Positions 1-10,134 of a stretch of DNA of 47,697 nucleotides are shown here, piece by piece. Numbering within the stretch: position 1 is the first letter of the stretch; every line of letters starts with the position of its first letter. This stretch comes from an uncultured Gammaproteobacteria bacterium (GTDB lineage Bacteria > Patescibacteriota > Microgenomatia > UBA12405), in the NCBI GenBank assembly GCA_964464785.1, contig CAYXLS010000001.1, positions 1 through 47,697 on the forward strand. Reading direction: 5' to 3'. Below the pieces are notes generated by a model, which had not been told where the DNA came from, made no database searches, and saw only the letters and a list, made by a program, of their open reading frames with translations. Position numbers and translations under genes: made by a program.

Positions 1-73
1 TGTTACAATTTGAGTATTATTTATTATCTGGTTGCAATCAGATTTAGAATTCAGCATTCAAGAATTAGAACTT

Positions 74-101
74 TTGAAGATTATAATGCTGTTGATATAA
101 T
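74..101 (+). promoter_or_regulatory. Candidate sigma70-type promoter for the YvcK-like gene, with geometry that suggests a leaderless or near-leaderless mRNA
   Basis: TTGAAG at 74-79, a 16-nt spacer, then an extended -10 TGaTATAAT at 93-101. Only 6 nt separate the -10 from the ATG at 108. A second TATAAT at 82-87 is an alternative -10. No GGAGG-like motif lies before the ATG. Confidence 0.35.
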
Positions 102-107
102 AGAAAA

Positions 108-1085
108 ATGAAAAATAATTTAAAGATTTGTACGATTGGTGGGGGGTCGGGAATGCCAATTATAAATAAAGCGTTGGTTAGGGCTGGGTTTCAAAATATT
201 TATCCAATAGTAACGACTTTTGATAGTGGTGGTGATACGGGGAGAATGAGAACAGACGAGAGAGGAAGAATATTAGCATTTTCTGATTATTGGCGAGCTC
301 TGATATCGCTTTGGGATGATGGTAAGCAAAAAGAAATTTGGGAAGAAATGCTTCGTTATCGAGATGGTCGAGGTCGAAATTTTGGAAATACATTTTTTCA
401 GTTTTTATCGGAAAAAAATGTAAATTTAGGTAAAGTAGATAATTTGTTTTGTAAATTAACAGGAGCAAAAATAAAAGGAAAGGTTATTCCAATTTCACTT
501 GAAAGTTCGAATATTTGTTTTAAGACAATGAGTGGTAAATTTTATAAAGGTGAAAATTTTATTGATGAATTAAGAATGTCAAAAGATATAATAAATGAAA
601 TTTGGTTGGAACCTAAGGTCAAAGCTAATATAGATGCTATAAACATATTTAATACGGCTGATTTAATAATTTTGGGACCGGGAACAATTTTTGGATCAGT
701 GTTACCAAATTTTTTACCAAAAGGAATGGTCGAAGCTTTTAATAAAAGTAAAGCCAAAAAAATATTTATGGTAAATATTTTTTCACCGGCCAACGAAACT
801 AAAACAGCTTCACAGACCGAATACATAAAAATATTTGAAAAGTATCTTAACAACAATCATCCTTTTGACTTAGTATTAATGGCTGATTTATCGATATTGG
901 ATAAAAATAATTTGAAAAAAATTATTAATTTCTACAAATTAGAACAGGCAACTTTAGTTAGTAATATAGCAAATAAAAAATATATTACTAAGATTGTTGA
1001 TATGGCAGTAATAGATGAAAAAAATATGAGATTGAGACATAGTGAAAGAAAACTCCAAGTTTTCTTTAGGAATCTTGATTTATGA
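108..1085 (+). CDS. YvcK/CofD-family (UPF0052) protein, gluconeogenesis-factor-like
   Basis: 325-aa ORF. N-terminal ICTIGGGSGMP glycine loop and TTFDSGGDTGRMRTD motif, which match the GGGTG...DDGGSSGRLR signature pair of this family. Ends in TGA. Confidence 0.65.
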   Translation: MKNNLKICTIGGGSGMPIINKALVRAGFQNIYPIVTTFDSGGDTGRMRTDERGRILAFSDYWRALISLWDDGKQKEIWEEMLRYRDGRGRNFGNTFFQFLSEKNVNLGKVDNLFCKLTGAKIKGKVIPISLESSNICFKTMSGKFYKGENFIDELRMSKDIINEIWLEPKVKANIDAINIFNTADLIILGPGTIFGSVLPNFLPKGMVEAFNKSKAKKIFMVNIFSPANETKTASQTEYIKIFEKYLNNNHPFDLVLMADLSILDKNNLKKIINFYKLEQATLVSNIANKKYITKIVDMAVIDEKNMRLRHSERKLQVFFRNLDL

Positions 1086-1134
1086 TTTAAGATTTATGAA
1101 TAATATTTATAAATAGTTTTGATAGAATTGAAAT

Positions 1135-2901
1135 ATGTCGCAGAAGAAATTAAAAAAAAATAGAAAAGAACAGGCGGTTGTGTCAAACAATAATCAATTT
1201 TTTGAGAAAGTGTTGGGTGTAAGAGAAATATTAAAAAATAATTGGAAATTTTTGGTGTTATTGTGTTTGGGAGTAATTGTTTTATATTTTAACGCGATGA
1301 AAGGTGATTTTGTGTCTGATGATTATGCTTCTATTACACAAAATCCAGATATTTTAAGTGTTAAGTCAGCGATGTCAGCGTCTTTTTTTGCAAATTTTTA
1401 TAAAACTATTATTGCCATAATATTTGGAATAAAAAGTTCTATTCCTTACCATATAGGAAGTTTAGTGTTGTATTTGTTAATTTGTATTACAGGCTTTGTT
1501 TTTTTGAGTTTATTTTTTGATAATTTAGTAGTCAAAATAGCCTTGTTGATATTTGCAGTACTACCAGTTCATGTAGAGGCTGTTTCTTGGATTTCTGGGG
1601 AACCGTATCTATTAACATCTTTATATGTATTATTAGAATTAATAAATTTTGTTCTTTATATAAAAACTAAGAAAAAAAAGTATTTAATAACAATATTTTT
1701 AATTTTATTTATGTCTTTTTTTACAGATAGGTTTAGGGGTTTAAGTTTTGTCTTATTAGCAGGTTTAGTGTTAATTTCCTTTCAAGAAAAGTTGAAAATC
1801 AAAATTGATTTATGGAAAGTCTTAGTACTAGTCTTGTTTGCAGTAGGTTTGTTACTGTTGGTTGGTTGGCCATTAATAAAAAATAGAGTTGAAAGTGTTA
1901 ATTCTGGGGTAAATATGTCTGATAGTATATTTTATAATCCATTATTTCAGTATCCTACAGCTATTCCAAAATATTTACAGCTAATTGTTTTCCCGACAGA
2001 TTTAACTTTGTATCACACTATGTATATTATTCCTGTTTGGCTTAATTGGTTGATTTTATTAACTTATTTAGGTGCTGTGATTTGGTTTTGGTTTAAAAAT
2101 AAAAAAATCTTTTTCGCTTTGGCTTTTATATTTGTGGCAACTGCCCCGTCTATGGCTCCAGTAAAAGTTAGTTGGTTAGTAGCTGAAAGATATGTTTTTT
2201 TAGGATCATTAGGAATCACTCTATTGATGGCTATTTATTTTGAAAAATGGTGGCAAAAAAGAAAAGCTTTGGTAATAGCTAGTTTGTCTGTTTTATGTTT
2301 GGTTTATGGGGTTAGAGTTTTTTTGAGGAATATTGATTGGCAAACAAACCATAATTTATGGGTAAATACTTGTCAGGTATCTCCAAATAGTCATAACGCA
2401 TGGAATAATATTGGAGACGATTATGATAAATTAGCTGCTTTTGAAAGCACAGATGAGGGAAAAATGAGGCAGTATTACAATTCAATAAAAGGGTTTGGTC
2501 AGTCTTATGCAATTAAGCCAAATTATGCTGATGCTTATCATAATCAAGCAAATATTTTATATAAAATCGGAAGATTAGATTTGGCTAGAAATACCTATGA
2601 AACAGCAATAAAATATAACCCAAATTTGTATCAGACATACACAACATTGTTACAAATTGATTTTGTAGAAAAAAATCAACCAGAATTACTTAGACACTTA
2701 GGAATTATTCAACAGATGAAACCAAACGATTTGCAAGTAGCTTATATCTCGGCAGTAGCTTATGCTCAGATTGGAATGATTAAGGAAGCTAAACAATTGG
2801 CTGATATGATGTATAAACAATTTCCAAATGTGGCTGAAATAAAAAATCTTTATGATTCTTTAGATAAATTGGGAGAAAATACAATTGGGATAACTAAGTA
2901 A
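1135..2901 (+). CDS. Polytopic GT-C-like glycosyltransferase with C-terminal TPR repeats (TMTC / PMT_2-TPR type)
   Basis: 588 aa. About 400 aa of repeated hydrophobic helices, with the acidic first-loop motif FVSDDYASITQNP. The C-terminal roughly 180 aa shows TPR-like repeats (NAWNNIGDDYDKL..., YADAYHNQANILYKIGRLDLARNTYETAIKYNPN). Confidence 0.6.
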   Translation: MSQKKLKKNRKEQAVVSNNNQFFEKVLGVREILKNNWKFLVLLCLGVIVLYFNAMKGDFVSDDYASITQNPDILSVKSAMSASFFANFYKTIIAIIFGIKSSIPYHIGSLVLYLLICITGFVFLSLFFDNLVVKIALLIFAVLPVHVEAVSWISGEPYLLTSLYVLLELINFVLYIKTKKKKYLITIFLILFMSFFTDRFRGLSFVLLAGLVLISFQEKLKIKIDLWKVLVLVLFAVGLLLLVGWPLIKNRVESVNSGVNMSDSIFYNPLFQYPTAIPKYLQLIVFPTDLTLYHTMYIIPVWLNWLILLTYLGAVIWFWFKNKKIFFALAFIFVATAPSMAPVKVSWLVAERYVFLGSLGITLLMAIYFEKWWQKRKALVIASLSVLCLVYGVRVFLRNIDWQTNHNLWVNTCQVSPNSHNAWNNIGDDYDKLAAFESTDEGKMRQYYNSIKGFGQSYAIKPNYADAYHNQANILYKIGRLDLARNTYETAIKYNPNLYQTYTTLLQIDFVEKNQPELLRHLGIIQQMKPNDLQVAYISAVAYAQIGMIKEAKQLADMMYKQFPNVAEIKNLYDSLDKLGENTIGITK

Positions 2902-2911
2902 AATTTCGGTA

Positions 2912-4474
2912 TTATTTTATAATTTTATATTTATAAGCAGCTTTTAGGCGATGGGTTTTTAATTCGCCAAATTTAACGGTAGAAAAAAGCATGGTTGAAT
3001 AATTTTTAAAAATTTTGATTAAATACTTAAAGTCTTCAAAAGTTTTAATTTTTTTGAAAATTGTTGATGGTTTAATAAAAGGTCGGAAAAAGCGAGAAAT
3101 CATTAATTTGTTTTGAGCAATATTTCTTAGTTTTCGAATGTCGTTTACAGAAAGGTATTTGTTACCTAGCCCAACATATCCAGAAAAAGTTTTGCCAATA
3201 TTTTTACTATTAATATCAGTTTTTTTGAGCAAACCTTCTTTTTCTAATATTTTGGTAACATCAGTCTCTGGAAAAGGCATTAGTAATATAAAAACGACAA
3301 AATCTGAAAGTGATTTGATGGCATAATTAAAAGTAGTTTCAATGGCTTTTTTGGTTTCATAAGGGAATCCAATAATGTATGTTGAAAATGTCCAAAATCC
3401 GAGACTGTTGGCCAATTTGATAATTCTTTTAGCTTTTTTTAAGTTTAAATTTTTTCTAATAAATTTTTGAGTTGTGGGATGGCCTGATTCAATTCCAAAA
3501 GTTAGACGATAGCAACCACTTTTTTTCATTTTTAATAATAAATGTTTGTCTAGAGTCCATATCGCAATACCGTTTGGGCAAGTCCATTTTATGTCTAATT
3601 TTTTGGCAATTAGACCGTCACATATTTTCTCAAGCCGCTCTCGATTAACTGAAATATTGTCATCTAAAAAGTGAATTTCTCTAAAACCGTATCTTTTAAC
3701 TAAATGTTCAATTTCATTTACTATTCGTTCGGCACTAAAAGGTCGCCAACAACGTCCCCAAATAGTGGGAACTGCACAATAAATGCAATTATTGGGGCAA
3801 CCACGGCTAGTAACTACAGAGGTATAAGGGGTTCTCATAACATAAGTACCTTTGTTTTCTTTGCCTCCAGAAAGATAAATATCCATAGGTAAAAGATGGC
3901 GGGCTGGTAAGGGTAAAGAGTCTAACTTGGTAATAGGAAGTCTGGTTGGATTTAAAACAATTTGGCCTTGGTTATCTTTAACTGCTGTGCCTTTGATGTT
4001 TAGTAGATCGTGTTTGTTTACAAAATTTTTGACTATTTCTAAAATAGTATTTTCGCCTTCTCCAATAACTACAATGTCAACATTTTTATCAGTTAGTACA
4101 TCTTTGTAAAGGATAGATGCATGTGCGCCTCCAAAAACTACGAGAGTGTTGGAGTTGTGACTTTTGACAATTTTGGCAATATCGTGTGAATCAGAAGAAT
4201 AGGCAGTAAACATTGTACTAATTCCAACAATTTCGGGCTGATAATAGTTTAATTTTTCAACAATAGTTTCTTTTGATAGTCCAATGCGAGTGTGATTTTT
4301 GGTTTTTTTTATGGTGTTTATTCCTTCTGCAAGAGCGTCGATGATTGAAACATTGTATCCATTAGACTCCAAAATTGCCCCTATGTTGGCTAAACCAAGA
4401 GGAATATAAATACCCGGAGTGGTAGTATCGTTATTTCTAATTGTCATTGGCGGATAAAAAAGAAGAATTTTCAT
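2912..4474 (-). CDS. Class B (cobalamin-binding-domain) radical SAM enzyme
   Basis: 520 aa. N-terminus MKILLFYPP...IPLGLANIGAILESNGYNVSIIDA is typical of the B12-binding Rossmann domain in these enzymes. Canonical CX3CX2C in VTSRGCPNNCIYCAV. Confidence 0.8.
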   Translation of the reverse strand: MKILLFYPPMTIRNNDTTTPGIYIPLGLANIGAILESNGYNVSIIDALAEGINTIKKTKNHTRIGLSKETIVEKLNYYQPEIVGISTMFTAYSSDSHDIAKIVKSHNSNTLVVFGGAHASILYKDVLTDKNVDIVVIGEGENTILEIVKNFVNKHDLLNIKGTAVKDNQGQIVLNPTRLPITKLDSLPLPARHLLPMDIYLSGGKENKGTYVMRTPYTSVVTSRGCPNNCIYCAVPTIWGRCWRPFSAERIVNEIEHLVKRYGFREIHFLDDNISVNRERLEKICDGLIAKKLDIKWTCPNGIAIWTLDKHLLLKMKKSGCYRLTFGIESGHPTTQKFIRKNLNLKKAKRIIKLANSLGFWTFSTYIIGFPYETKKAIETTFNYAIKSLSDFVVFILLMPFPETDVTKILEKEGLLKKTDINSKNIGKTFSGYVGLGNKYLSVNDIRKLRNIAQNKLMISRFFRPFIKPSTIFKKIKTFEDFKYLIKIFKNYSTMLFSTVKFGELKTHRLKAAYKYKIIK

Positions 4475-4479
4475 TTTAG

Positions 4480-5934
4480 TTATTTTTTAGATTGAGAAAT
4501 TAAAAACATAAATATTTTGTTAATTAATTTGTTGTCGTACACTAATTTTCTAGTTAAATGAGCAAAAAGTGGAATACGGGTTAGTAAATAAAATATAGTT
4601 CCAAGTATTTTACCAAAACGAAATTGATAAAGTTTTCGTTCGTAAAGAGCAAAACCTTTTTTCATAACTCTAATTCTTTGATCTTTGGTAAACTCTTTGG
4701 TTTCAAATATAGGATTGATGTCACGATAGGAGATGTGTTTTAAATACTGGTTTTTGGGTATTAAAAAATGAGCATTTTTGATAGCCCAATCGTAAACTTC
4801 AGTACCTGGATATGGTACTAAATTATAAAAATTAACGTAATCACAATTTAAACTTTTTGCAAATGATAAAGTTTCCAGAGCTTCTGAATAGGTTTCTTCT
4901 TGATGTCCGATTATGAAATTAACGGCATGTTTAATCTTCGTTTGACTGGTTAATTTGACAGCTTGTCTAACTTGTTCAAGGGTAATGTTTTTTTTGATAC
5001 GGTTAAGTGTTTTTTGACTACCTGATTCACATCCATAAGCAATAAAGTAACAACCAGCTTTTTTGAGTTTTTTAAGTAATTTTAAGTTTATATTATTTAC
5101 TCTGATACCATTGTAAAGCTGAAATTTAATCTTTAATTTATTTTTGACTATAAGATCACAGATGTTTTGAGCTCGATTGATATCGAGAGTAAAACAATCA
5201 TCATTGATATCAAATCTCGAATATCCTTTTTTGTACCAATAAATTATTTCGTCAACAACATTTCTGGGACTTCGGGGTCGAAAACATTGCCCCATAGATA
5301 ATTTAACTGAACAATAATTACAACCGTAGGGGCAACCTCGAGAAGTGATTATAGGAATTATTTTTTCGTTATAGCAAGGATATTTTTTTATTTTAAAACT
5401 TTCATAATCTGGAAAAGAAAGATCGTCTAATTTATAAATAAGAGGTGCAGGGTTGTTAATGATTATTTTATTTTTATTTTTCCAAATTAAATTGGGAACA
5501 TGTGAATAATCTGGAATTTTTTGAGAAAAAACTTGTAAAAAATCTATAAAAGAATTTTCTGATTCACTATACATGGCAAAGTTAATTTTAGTTTCTTTTA
5601 AAATTGTTTCTTTTGTGGCGGAAACATGAGGACCTCCGAGAATAATGGGTATATTGGTGATAGTTTTAATCGTTTTAATGGTGGAATAGAGATAGTCATA
5701 GGCATAACTAAAACCAGTTACTCCGATAATGTTAGGAGAAAAATTCTTTATGGTAAGTTTTATTTTTTTTATATAATTTTTTTCAACACCACAATCTATT
5801 ATTTGAAATTGAAAATTATTTTTTTTAAGAACAGATACTAGATAGGCAATACCAACATGAGGGTGAATAGGTATTCCTTTTTCAGTACCAAACATCGATT
5901 TGATTTCGGGAATGATAAAAAGTACTTTCATCAA
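4480..5934 (-). CDS. Class B (cobalamin-binding-domain) radical SAM enzyme
   Basis: 484 aa. N-terminus VLFIIPE...HVGIAYLVSVLKKNNFQFQIIDC, then CX3CX2C in ITSRGCPYGCNYCSV. The first codon in the track is TTG at 5934; an ATG follows at 5931. Confidence 0.8.
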   Translation of the reverse strand: MMKVLFIIPEIKSMFGTEKGIPIHPHVGIAYLVSVLKKNNFQFQIIDCGVEKNYIKKIKLTIKNFSPNIIGVTGFSYAYDYLYSTIKTIKTITNIPIILGGPHVSATKETILKETKINFAMYSESENSFIDFLQVFSQKIPDYSHVPNLIWKNKNKIIINNPAPLIYKLDDLSFPDYESFKIKKYPCYNEKIIPIITSRGCPYGCNYCSVKLSMGQCFRPRSPRNVVDEIIYWYKKGYSRFDINDDCFTLDINRAQNICDLIVKNKLKIKFQLYNGIRVNNINLKLLKKLKKAGCYFIAYGCESGSQKTLNRIKKNITLEQVRQAVKLTSQTKIKHAVNFIIGHQEETYSEALETLSFAKSLNCDYVNFYNLVPYPGTEVYDWAIKNAHFLIPKNQYLKHISYRDINPIFETKEFTKDQRIRVMKKGFALYERKLYQFRFGKILGTIFYLLTRIPLFAHLTRKLVYDNKLINKIFMFLISQSKK

Positions 5935-5939
5935 ATAGA

Positions 5940-7019
5940 TTAATTTATTATTTCCATAGAAAAGTCTTTATTGAAAAATTTAGCGATTTTTTTGAAAATT
6001 CTAAAATAATTTTTTCCTAAAATATTACCAATAGTAGTGGCGATAACTCCTCTTAAACCAGAAGGCATTCCTAAAATTGTTTTTTCCCACAAACTATCAC
6101 AGTTTTGACAGTAAGAATTATATTTTAGATATGTTTTATCAATCATAGATTTTCTAAAATTAATCATTTTTCGATTATTCCAAATAGATTTTATAGTTTC
6201 TGTATTGACATTACCTAAAACATTTTGACCAAAAAAGTCTGAGCAACAAGCAACAACTCGACCATCCCAAAGTATTCCGAGTGACCCCCAAAGGTATGAG
6301 CATGGAGAAAAAATATTACTTAATTTTTTTGGGAAAAATTTTTTGGTGTTGTTAAATACACCTCCCCAGGTACTAGGTTTTCTAATTTGAATACTGTCAA
6401 GTGGTAAATTGGCAAAATTCATTTTAAATTTATCAATATTTTTTTGATAATCTAGGATTCCCTTTTGATTTAGTAAAAGAATTTGAAGTTCTGTTGTAAT
6501 ATTAGATTTAAGTTCTTTTTTAATCTTTAAAAATTCAACGACGTTTTTTAGTGTTGGTTCAAATTTACCGTTAATTCTAATTTTTTCATAAATTTTTTTG
6601 GTACAACCATCGAAAGAGAAATTGATCCAATCTAAACCAGATTTGATAATTTGTCGAGATAATTTTGGAGTTAAGATAGTTGCATTAGTTGATAAATAAG
6701 TTTTGATGCCATTATTTTTTGCATATTTAACCATTTGTGGGAATTTTGGATGTAAAAGAGACTCTCCAGAAATACAAAGAACTATATAAGATATATAGTT
6801 CTTACTTTGATCAATTATTTTTTTATACAGATTTAAGTCCATAAAACCGAGTTTATCTTGGCTTATAATAGAGTTAGGACACATAAGACATTTTAAATTG
6901 CATTTGTTTGTCGGTTCAATCCACAAAGCTAGTGGTTGGTAACAAAGTTTAATGATTTTGAGTTTATAACTAATAATTGAGCTTACGATTGCAATACTAT
7001 TTTTTATTTTTTTTATCAT
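5940..7019 (-). CDS. Radical SAM enzyme with a C-terminal SPASM/twitch-like Cys-rich extension
   Basis: 359 aa. CX3CX2C in EPTNKCNLKCLMCPN. C-terminal CSYLWGSLGILWDGRVVACC (CX12GX4C) followed by YCQNCD (CX2C). Confidence 0.75.
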   Translation of the reverse strand: MIKKIKNSIAIVSSIISYKLKIIKLCYQPLALWIEPTNKCNLKCLMCPNSIISQDKLGFMDLNLYKKIIDQSKNYISYIVLCISGESLLHPKFPQMVKYAKNNGIKTYLSTNATILTPKLSRQIIKSGLDWINFSFDGCTKKIYEKIRINGKFEPTLKNVVEFLKIKKELKSNITTELQILLLNQKGILDYQKNIDKFKMNFANLPLDSIQIRKPSTWGGVFNNTKKFFPKKLSNIFSPCSYLWGSLGILWDGRVVACCSDFFGQNVLGNVNTETIKSIWNNRKMINFRKSMIDKTYLKYNSYCQNCDSLWEKTILGMPSGLRGVIATTIGNILGKNYFRIFKKIAKFFNKDFSMEIIN

Positions 7020-7031
7020 AGTAGTTGAAAT

Positions 7032-8090
7032 TTAATTTTCAGGAGTACTGATATTACGTTGTGATTTAAAGAAATTAGCAATATATGAGAGAAGACTAGT
7101 TTTGACCATAAGGTGATTGGTTTTGAAAAGTGTAGTGTCTGTAATTTTTCTATTTTTTTGAATAATATATCTCTTTTTTAATATTTTAGATAGATTAGTT
7201 ATGTTCCAAATAATACCATGAAAAATATTTATAGAGGACTTAAACTTTCCAGTTATAAGAAGGAATAAACCTAGAGAAAACCACAAAACAAGATGTATCG
7301 GTAAAATTTTAATTAAATTTAAAATTGATAAGTTTTTGATTAATGTCTGGATATAATTCTTTGTACCGTGAAATCTGATTAAGTAATTATTAAAATCTTT
7401 ACTTACGATATTTTTAGTAGAAGAAAATTGATGATAAACGATGGATTTTGGACAAAAAAGATTGTGATAACCTGATAACCAAGTTCTCCAACCTAAATCA
7501 GTCTCTTCCATAAAGATAAAATAGTCTGGATCAAATTTACCCGCTTTTATAAAAGCATTTCTACTAATAAACATACCAGCAGATTTTGCTGCTAAAATAG
7601 GATAAATTTTGTTATATTGACCTTTATCAATGTTTCCATATGAGCTAATAGGTTTTAAAAATCCAAGATTTCCAAGAAATTCACCCACGTAATCAATACG
7701 TTTTTTTTGATTTAGAAGTAATAATTTGCATTGTATTACACCTATTTTTTCATTTATGTTAAAAAGGTTAACAGCTTTTAAAATCCAATTTTTATCAACT
7801 TCAGTATCATTGTCTAAAAATGCAATATATTTACCTTTACTGATTTTAAATCCTTCGTTACGTGCAAAAGCTGGACCATAATTTTTTGAAAGTTTTACAA
7901 ATTTAATCTTTGTTAAATATTTAATAAATTTTTTTTTAATAAAACCAATACTATTATCAGAAGAAGCATTGTCAGATACTATTATTTCGTAATTATGGTA
8001 ATTATTTTTTAGAATTGAAGAAATACAATTTTTTAAAAAGATTTTACCATTATAATTAATAATAATTACAGAAACTAATGGATATTTCAT
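7032..8090 (-). CDS. Family 2 glycosyltransferase (COG1216 / rhamnosyltransferase-like), with a C-terminal hydrophobic segment
   Basis: 352 aa. VSVIIINYNG, SDNASSDNS and the FLDNDTE DxD-type motif. C-terminal helix ILPIHLVLWFSLGLFLLITG. Confidence 0.8.
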   Translation of the reverse strand: MKYPLVSVIIINYNGKIFLKNCISSILKNNYHNYEIIVSDNASSDNSIGFIKKKFIKYLTKIKFVKLSKNYGPAFARNEGFKISKGKYIAFLDNDTEVDKNWILKAVNLFNINEKIGVIQCKLLLLNQKKRIDYVGEFLGNLGFLKPISSYGNIDKGQYNKIYPILAAKSAGMFISRNAFIKAGKFDPDYFIFMEETDLGWRTWLSGYHNLFCPKSIVYHQFSSTKNIVSKDFNNYLIRFHGTKNYIQTLIKNLSILNLIKILPIHLVLWFSLGLFLLITGKFKSSINIFHGIIWNITNLSKILKKRYIIQKNRKITDTTLFKTNHLMVKTSLLSYIANFFKSQRNISTPEN

Positions 8091-8746
8091 TTTATAATTT
8101 TAACAGCAAAAAGCCCAAAAGAATATTTTGGAGAATAATAATTTAAAATTTGAAATAAAGCATTGATCGCATAAAAAAAAGGACGTGGATAAAATTTAAT
8201 ATTTTGATAAAATTTTCCATTTATAAGGCTATCGACATTGTTTGATGGTTTATAAAAAATTTTTAAACCACTAACACCATAAACTTTAAAACCATTTTTT
8301 TTAAGTTCAGTAATTGACCATCCAGATAAATGTTTTTGATATTTATTGTTGTCAACTAAATCCATAGGAAAATAATTATTAGGAGTAGATAGAATAACTT
8401 TTTTGCTTGCCCATTTTTGAGCTAATTTTAATATTTTTAAACCATTTTTTTTAGAAAGATGTTCAAGGACTTCAATTAGAATTACGGCATCAAAACTTTT
8501 GGGTTTAAAATTTAAATTTAAAATATTTTTTTGAAGATATTTAGTATGAATGTTTTGTTTTTGAGAAATATCTAAATATGGTTTAAAAAGTTCAACCCCA
8601 ACGCTGTATTCAATATTTTTAATATTTTTCAATGGAGATGAAGGGCCACAACCAAGATCAAGTACAGTTTTACAATTAACTAATTCTTTTTGGAGACAAT
8701 AATCAATTTTATGAACGATTTTATAGATGATTTTTTTTATACTCAT
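8087..8746 (-). CDS. Class I SAM-dependent methyltransferase
   Basis: 219 aa. Motif I VLDLGCGPSS and motif II-like AVILIEVLEHL. 4-nt ATGA overlaps with both neighbours. Confidence 0.75.
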   Translation of the reverse strand: MSIKKIIYKIVHKIDYCLQKELVNCKTVLDLGCGPSSPLKNIKNIEYSVGVELFKPYLDISQKQNIHTKYLQKNILNLNFKPKSFDAVILIEVLEHLSKKNGLKILKLAQKWASKKVILSTPNNYFPMDLVDNNKYQKHLSGWSITELKKNGFKVYGVSGLKIFYKPSNNVDSLINGKFYQNIKFYPRPFFYAINALFQILNYYSPKYSFGLFAVKIIK

Positions 8747-10134
8747 TTGATCTTTTTTTTATAAGGAGCTCTTGAAGAAGAACCTCTTATTAAAACTGAT
8801 ATACCTTCGATAATATCGGTTTTAATTTTGTTAAAAGATGTTATATCACTTATAATGCGATTAAAAATATATTTTGGTCTTAAATAAAATTTTCTAAATA
8901 TATTTTTTCTTTGTAAATAAACCCAATCTTTATTTAAAGTTTTTGGTATGTAAATTGGATAAACGCCAGAATAACCTTTACCAAGTTTACCAAGTGCAAA
9001 ATTATCAATAAAATTTTCATTTACTATTCCTTCTTTTAAAGCATATAACCATAATTTTGATCCAGGGAAAGGGGTAGCGATTGAAACTCCAATTATTTTA
9101 AAATCATTTTTTAGAACAAAATCAATAGTTTTTTGGACATTTTTTGGTTTTTCGGTTGGATGTCCGAACATAAAAAAACCATTTGCTTCAATTTTATATT
9201 TGTTACAAAGTTTTATAGTATTAATAATTTTTTTGTTTGAAAAACGTTTTAAAACAATTTCATTTCTTATTCTCTCGTCTCCTGATTCAATCCCAAAAGT
9301 AAGGCTATAACAACCAGCTTGACTCATTAATTTTAATAGGTTATTGTCAACCAAGTCAACTCGAGTATAACCAGCCCAACGATATTTTTTATTTTGTTTT
9401 ATTAATTGATGGCAAAAATCAAATATAAATTTGCGATTGATAGTTAATGAATCATCTTGGAAAAGATAATCACCCCCACAATGTTGGGATAATGAATCCA
9501 TTTCTTTAATAACGTCTTCTACTTGTCGACATCTGACTAAATTGCTGATACATGGTCGACTACAATAATAACAATTAAAAGGACAACCTCGGGTAGCCAT
9601 AATTGAAGCTGTTCGATGATATTTTGAAAGATCTAACAAATGATATGCAGGCCATGGAATTAGTGATAAATCTTTTGGAGTTTCTCCAATTATAATTTTG
9701 TCTATTTTTTGATGATTAATGATTTTTTGATAAGCTTTTAGAAAACTATACTCAGCCTCTCCGGTAATCCCAAAATCAAAATATTTAATTCTAGAGATAA
9801 ATTTTGGATCAGCACTAATATGAGGACCTCCAAGACAAATTTTAATTTTTTTATTATTTTTTTTAATTTTTTTAGCTAAAGTAACGGTTCCTTGTAAAAG
9901 TGGAGTCATGGATGAAAAACCAACTATTAATGGATTTTCATTTTTAATAATTTTTAAAGTTTCTTTTAAATTTTGTTTTTGAGCTCCAATATCGATTACT
10001 TTGACAGAAATGTTATGTTTTTCTAAAACAGAAGCTAAATACAAAATACCTAAAGGAGGATAACTAACGTCAAGTACTTGAGGAATGTTATTTTGATAAT
10101 AAACTGGTGGATAAATTAATATTACTTGAGTCAT
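8743..10134 (-). CDS. Class B (cobalamin-binding-domain) radical SAM enzyme
   Basis: 463 aa. N-terminus VILIYPP...PPLGILYLASVLEKHNISVKVIDI. CX3CX2C in ATRGCPFNCYYCS. Confidence 0.8.
   Translation of the reverse strand: MTQVILIYPPVYYQNNIPQVLDVSYPPLGILYLASVLEKHNISVKVIDIGAQKQNLKETLKIIKNENPLIVGFSSMTPLLQGTVTLAKKIKKNNKKIKICLGGPHISADPKFISRIKYFDFGITGEAEYSFLKAYQKIINHQKIDKIIIGETPKDLSLIPWPAYHLLDLSKYHRTASIMATRGCPFNCYYCSRPCISNLVRCRQVEDVIKEMDSLSQHCGGDYLFQDDSLTINRKFIFDFCHQLIKQNKKYRWAGYTRVDLVDNNLLKLMSQAGCYSLTFGIESGDERIRNEIVLKRFSNKKIINTIKLCNKYKIEANGFFMFGHPTEKPKNVQKTIDFVLKNDFKIIGVSIATPFPGSKLWLYALKEGIVNENFIDNFALGKLGKGYSGVYPIYIPKTLNKDWVYLQRKNIFRKFYLRPKYIFNRIISDITSFNKIKTDIIEGISVLIRGSSSRAPYKKKIK

Noticed and set aside
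26-43. A small inverted repeat ATCTG-N8-CAGAT at the extreme left edge, as a possible terminator of an upstream gene.
   Set aside because: It has only 5 bp, no following T-tract and does not extend further. That is indistinguishable from chance.
2899-2919. A possible bidirectional terminator hairpin between convergent genes (TAAAAT ... ATTTTA, a 6-bp stem with a 9-nt loop).
   Set aside because: The stem is AT-only and too weak to be a convincing intrinsic terminator. It also overlaps both stop codons. No GC-rich stem or T-tract structure is present.
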